DNA from: Planctomycetota bacterium
GTDB taxonomy: Bacteria; Planctomycetota; UBA11346
DNA length: 64,000 bases
Assembly: GCA_016745075.1 (NCBI GenBank)
Contig: JADGDD010000002.1
Coordinates: 130,034-194,033, forward strand
Direction: 5' to 3'
The notes under the pieces were generated by a model. That model saw nothing but the letters and a program-made list of their open reading frames with translations, had not been told where the DNA came from and searched no databases. The position numbers and the translations under genes are program-made. Shown here piece by piece: positions 60,777 to 64,000 of the stretch. Position 1 is the first letter of the stretch. Every line of letters starts with the position of its first letter.

Positions 60777-62423
60777 ATGGCTAATAGTGCACATTTCATC
60801 GGAATCGATATAAATCACGAGCAATTGATATTGACGCTCACAGATGAATGCGGCACAGTTGTAGAGATGCTATCCCGCACGTGCGCTGGTTCAGGTAAAT
60901 CTGGCAAATCAATCCATGATCAAAATCCACAAGACTGGTGGCGCTCCCTGCGTACCGGTCTGAAAGACCTTCTACGACGAAGTAATGTTAAAGCAGTCGA
61001 AGAGGCTGGCGCTAAAGCAGGTACGGTTCTTATCGATGCAAGTACGGTACGAGGTGTCGGTATTTGTGGCCGTGCAGATACATTGGTTATGCTCGGTAAA
61101 GATGCTGAGGTGTTGTGTCCTGCGGTGATGGGCTCTGGTCCAGGTTCTGCTTTAGAAGGGTACGCGCAAAAGATAACAGAATTGGCTGGTGAGCGGAATC
61201 TATTTAATATTACCAACCGCAGCCCGCATGATGCCGCTATGGCCGCAGGGTTGTTATGGGCAAAAGAAAACGAAAAGCGGGTTTGGCATGACCTTACCTA
61301 TGCTCTCAGTTCCAGAGACTTTTTGCGTATGCGCCTAACCGGTGTTGCCATGACAGATGCCTCAACGGCTGCGCGTAGCCTGTTGATGAATAATAAGGCA
61401 CGAGCTTGGTCTAAGCAGCTGTGCATGCGTTTGGGTGTGAACCCTGCCTGTCTGCCTGCTATCCAACATGGCCAATTAATCGCTGGTCGAGTAACTGCTA
61501 TTGCAGCTAAAGAGACTGGTTTGCAAGTGGGCACCCCCGTTATTACTGGTGGCAACCATATTGCGTCGAGTGCAATTGCCCACGGTATTACTGGGCCGAA
61601 TGAAGCCATTATAGAGCTGGGTGGCACCGGATCGCTTTTTGCTACGACTGATGCCTCACTACGTGATAACAGCAAGCTTTTACAAGGCAGTGCGCATTGT
61701 TTACCTGATGTCTGGGCCTTAGAAGGCAGAGATGTTGTCACTGATCATGGAATTAATTGGCTGCTTCGTGAAGTAGCTACAGCAGAACATGCCTTATCTA
61801 AACGCACGAAACAACGTCCTTTAGATGTCTTAGCAGAACAGGCAGCAGCAGCAGCTCCCGGTGCAGACGGCTTGTTTTTCTTACAGCCAGAAGAAGGACT
61901 TGGTGTACATCAAGGACGCGGCTCCTTTGTTGGTCTCAACTATGAACATACACATGGTCATCTTATTCGGGCTGTCTTAGAAAGCGGCGCACTGAGTCTT
62001 CATGGCATGTTCTTGCATCTGCGAGAACTTGGCTGTGAACCGACTCGTTTGATTTTGACTGGTCCTGGTGCTTCGAATAACTTATGGTGTCAAATTATTA
62101 CCGACGCGGTTGGTTGTCCATCGGAAGCACGCCCACTTGATCAGCCGGGTGTGGTTGGCGCAGCCTTGCTTGCAGCTAGTGCAGCAGGCATCCATAAGTC
62201 ATTGGAGTCAACCTGTAAGAAACATCAGAAAGCCGCAGATAAGGCAGGAAGTGCTGCTGCGCAAGGTGTTAAACGTAAGCCACGGACTGCAGCGACTAAA
62301 GACTATGCCAAGCTCTTTCCAATAGCTCAACAGTTACGCGAGCGCATTGGTGATGCCTTTGCAGGTGTACACGCTACGGCAGAGGTGATGGCGGCAGATG
62401 ACGATTTGGAATATGAAGAATGA
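60777..62423 (+). CDS. FGGY (xylulokinase-like) carbohydrate kinase homolog with degenerate catalytic motifs
   Basis: QNPQDWW, TDASTAA, ELGGTG, PGADGLFF, RGSFVGL, RAVLES, WCQIITD. Confidence 0.8.
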   Translation: MANSAHFIGIDINHEQLILTLTDECGTVVEMLSRTCAGSGKSGKSIHDQNPQDWWRSLRTGLKDLLRRSNVKAVEEAGAKAGTVLIDASTVRGVGICGRADTLVMLGKDAEVLCPAVMGSGPGSALEGYAQKITELAGERNLFNITNRSPHDAAMAAGLLWAKENEKRVWHDLTYALSSRDFLRMRLTGVAMTDASTAARSLLMNNKARAWSKQLCMRLGVNPACLPAIQHGQLIAGRVTAIAAKETGLQVGTPVITGGNHIASSAIAHGITGPNEAIIELGGTGSLFATTDASLRDNSKLLQGSAHCLPDVWALEGRDVVTDHGINWLLREVATAEHALSKRTKQRPLDVLAEQAAAAAPGADGLFFLQPEEGLGVHQGRGSFVGLNYEHTHGHLIRAVLESGALSLHGMFLHLRELGCEPTRLILTGPGASNNLWCQIITDAVGCPSEARPLDQPGVVGAALLAASAAGIHKSLESTCKKHQKAADKAGSAAAQGVKRKPRTAATKDYAKLFPIAQQLRERIGDAFAGVHATAEVMAADDDLEYEE

Positions 62424-62728
62424 CTCCGCGTAAGGCATTTGTGACAAGTTTAGTAGTTGTGCATATAGCCATCGGTCTTTGCGCGATTCTCCCTGTAAGC
62501 TCGTGGTATCAACGCCGTACGGATGAAGTTGCGCAACAGCGGCAGTTTTATCAAGAAGGGCAAGAGCGCCGTGTGGAACAAGAGCGCAGTCTGCAAGTCA
62601 GTACCGATCAACTAGAAGCCCTACGTGATGAAAACCCTTACGTGGTAGAGCTTATCGCCCGTGATCGGCATGGCTATAGCGGTTCAGATGAAATAACACC
62701 GCCGCCAGTTCAATCTGTTGGTAAATGA
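62420..62728 (+). CDS. ftsB: Septum formation initiator FtsB/DivIC-like protein
   Basis: Single TM helix, coiled coil, LRDENPYVVELIARDRHGY (ExxAR..G motif). Confidence 0.65.
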   Translation: MTPRKAFVTSLVVVHIAIGLCAILPVSSWYQRRTDEVAQQRQFYQEGQERRVEQERSLQVSTDQLEALRDENPYVVELIARDRHGYSGSDEITPPPVQSVGK

Positions 62729-62997
62729 TTGGTCAGCAGCGTAGCAATCCAAAAGATGTTTTTCTGTCTTCTATTTGTGACATTGTGTTGTTTCTTGATA
62801 TCTGTGCAGATGATATGTCGATGAATAGATGACTCTTTCCTATCTTGATAGTTATGAAAAAAAGAAGTAGAATGTCTATAGGTAGAGGTGTTTCTGCTTG
62901 TACGTTCGTCCGCTAACGATGTCGCTTCTCTTTATGCTCAGTCGCAGAACAGAGGGGATGCAACTGATTTCGGAAATACGATAAAAGGTGTTCATAC

Positions 62998-63561
62998 ATG
63001 AGCTTACGTCTTTTTACAGTGTTCCTCCCTTTCAAAGTCGATGTCTCCAACATGGCCCCTGTTTACTCACTGCAAGTAGACGCGGTAGCGTCTAATGCCC
63101 GTAATGCGCTAGCTACTGCTCAAGTGCTATTGCGGGCGGTAGCTCCGCTCCGGTGTGGTGGCCCCGCAAGCAAGGTCCTTTTTGATCGCGCTACTGTCAG
63201 TGATCCTGGTCCACGTGTGGTTGGCCCCTATGCCTATCTCATTACCAAAGGCTTACGTGTTACCCAAGTTGCATGCCCCGCTCGGATAGAGGGTGACAAC
63301 TGCCAGCAATTTGAAGACATTCTCAAAAGCCTTAAATCAGACGTCGTAGATGCGATCTACCTCGATCTTGCCCCAGTCCAATTTATCGCCTCCACCGGCC
63401 TAGCAGTACTGCTCGATCAAAGCCGACGCATCCCCCTCCACATTTGTCGCGTCCCCACTAACGTCAACAAAGTCCTACAAATAACCGGCATAGACAAACA
63501 CCTCCGCCTCTACGCAGACCTCAAGCAGGCGGTAGAGGCAACGGTAACAACATCTACGTAA
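62998..63561 (+). CDS. STAS-domain protein with an N-terminal extension
   Basis: YLDLAPVQFIASTGL, VNKVLQITGI; start may instead be ATG 63052. Confidence 0.75.
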   Translation: MSLRLFTVFLPFKVDVSNMAPVYSLQVDAVASNARNALATAQVLLRAVAPLRCGGPASKVLFDRATVSDPGPRVVGPYAYLITKGLRVTQVACPARIEGDNCQQFEDILKSLKSDVVDAIYLDLAPVQFIASTGLAVLLDQSRRIPLHICRVPTNVNKVLQITGIDKHLRLYADLKQAVEATVTTST

Positions 63562-63603
63562 AGAAACTGTCCGGTATGTATAGAGAAATTCATCTTATAA
63601 GTA

Positions 63604-64000
63604 ATGAACCCGAACAGTTTACATTTGCAGCGCTACATAGATGGAGAATGCACGCCTGAAGAGGCCTGTGCGGTTGAAGTGTTAATTGCTGGTAATGAGG
63701 ATTTGCACAGACAACTGAAGGAAATGGATAAATTAGAGCGTTGCTTCCAAAAAAGTCGAGAGTGTGGTGGACAGATTTCGGAAATTATGAATATTTTACC
63801 GAAGGATGTAGCTGCGCAAAATAGAGGGATGTCTATTTCGGCGCTATTGTTTATAGCAATAGGTGTGATGGCAATTTTGTTTTACGGAACGCTTAATAAT
63901 TTCCGTGAGTCTATAGACGCATTTCTTCTTATGCTTATTGCGTATCTAAGTATTGCTATAGGAGTCTCGGGACTATTAATGATTGGCAGGATGCAGAAGG
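63604..64000 (+). CDS. Anti-sigma-factor-like membrane protein, partial; runs off the right edge
   Basis: Not in the ORF track. Hand translation: MNPNSLHLQRYIDGECTPEEACAVEVLI..., followed by two hydrophobic helices. Confidence 0.55.
   Translation, partial: MNPNSLHLQRYIDGECTPEEACAVEVLIAGNEDLHRQLKEMDKLERCFQKSRECGGQISEIMNILPKDVAAQNRGMSISALLFIAIGVMAILFYGTLNNFRESIDAFLLMLIAYLSIAIGVSGLLMIGRMQK

Overview
Bacterial chromosomal window, tentatively Planctomycetota/PVC-like (judged only from S9 motif style and gene repertoire). No rRNA, tRNA, CRISPR array or mobile element could be supported. (1) 1-18.4 kb, minus strand: the upstream part of a surface-polysaccharide locus that runs off the left edge. 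It encodes a Wzz-like co-polymerase, Ugd, a legionaminic-acid pathway with a formyltransferase where LegH normally sits, an ElaABC-like (PtmF/LegF/PtmA) trio, a HisH/HisF pair with two WbuX-type amidotransferases, Uxs, and a second short NeuB plus NeuA of Kdn type. (2) 18.5-53 kb: mixed housekeeping genes (udg, moeB, pcm, ilvC, GAF/HD-GYP, glmS, pfp, mreC, P1B ATPase, kdsA, aas, moaC) and hypothetical genes. (3) 53.2-60 kb: a DeoR-linked operon with a degenerate PHP protein, class II aldolase, enlarged SorE-like reductase and SorD/SrlD, but no PTS or kinase. It has a four-copy 10-bp operator and large intercistronic stem-loops. (4) 60-64 kb: rpsI without rplM behind a structured leader, a probable FGGY pseudokinase coupled to an FtsB-like gene, a STAS gene and an anti-sigma-like gene. 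Across the window many candidate promoters read TTGnnn-N15-(T/C)AnnnT, a 15-bp spacer rather than 17. All product calls come from motif recognition by eye; no database search was run.
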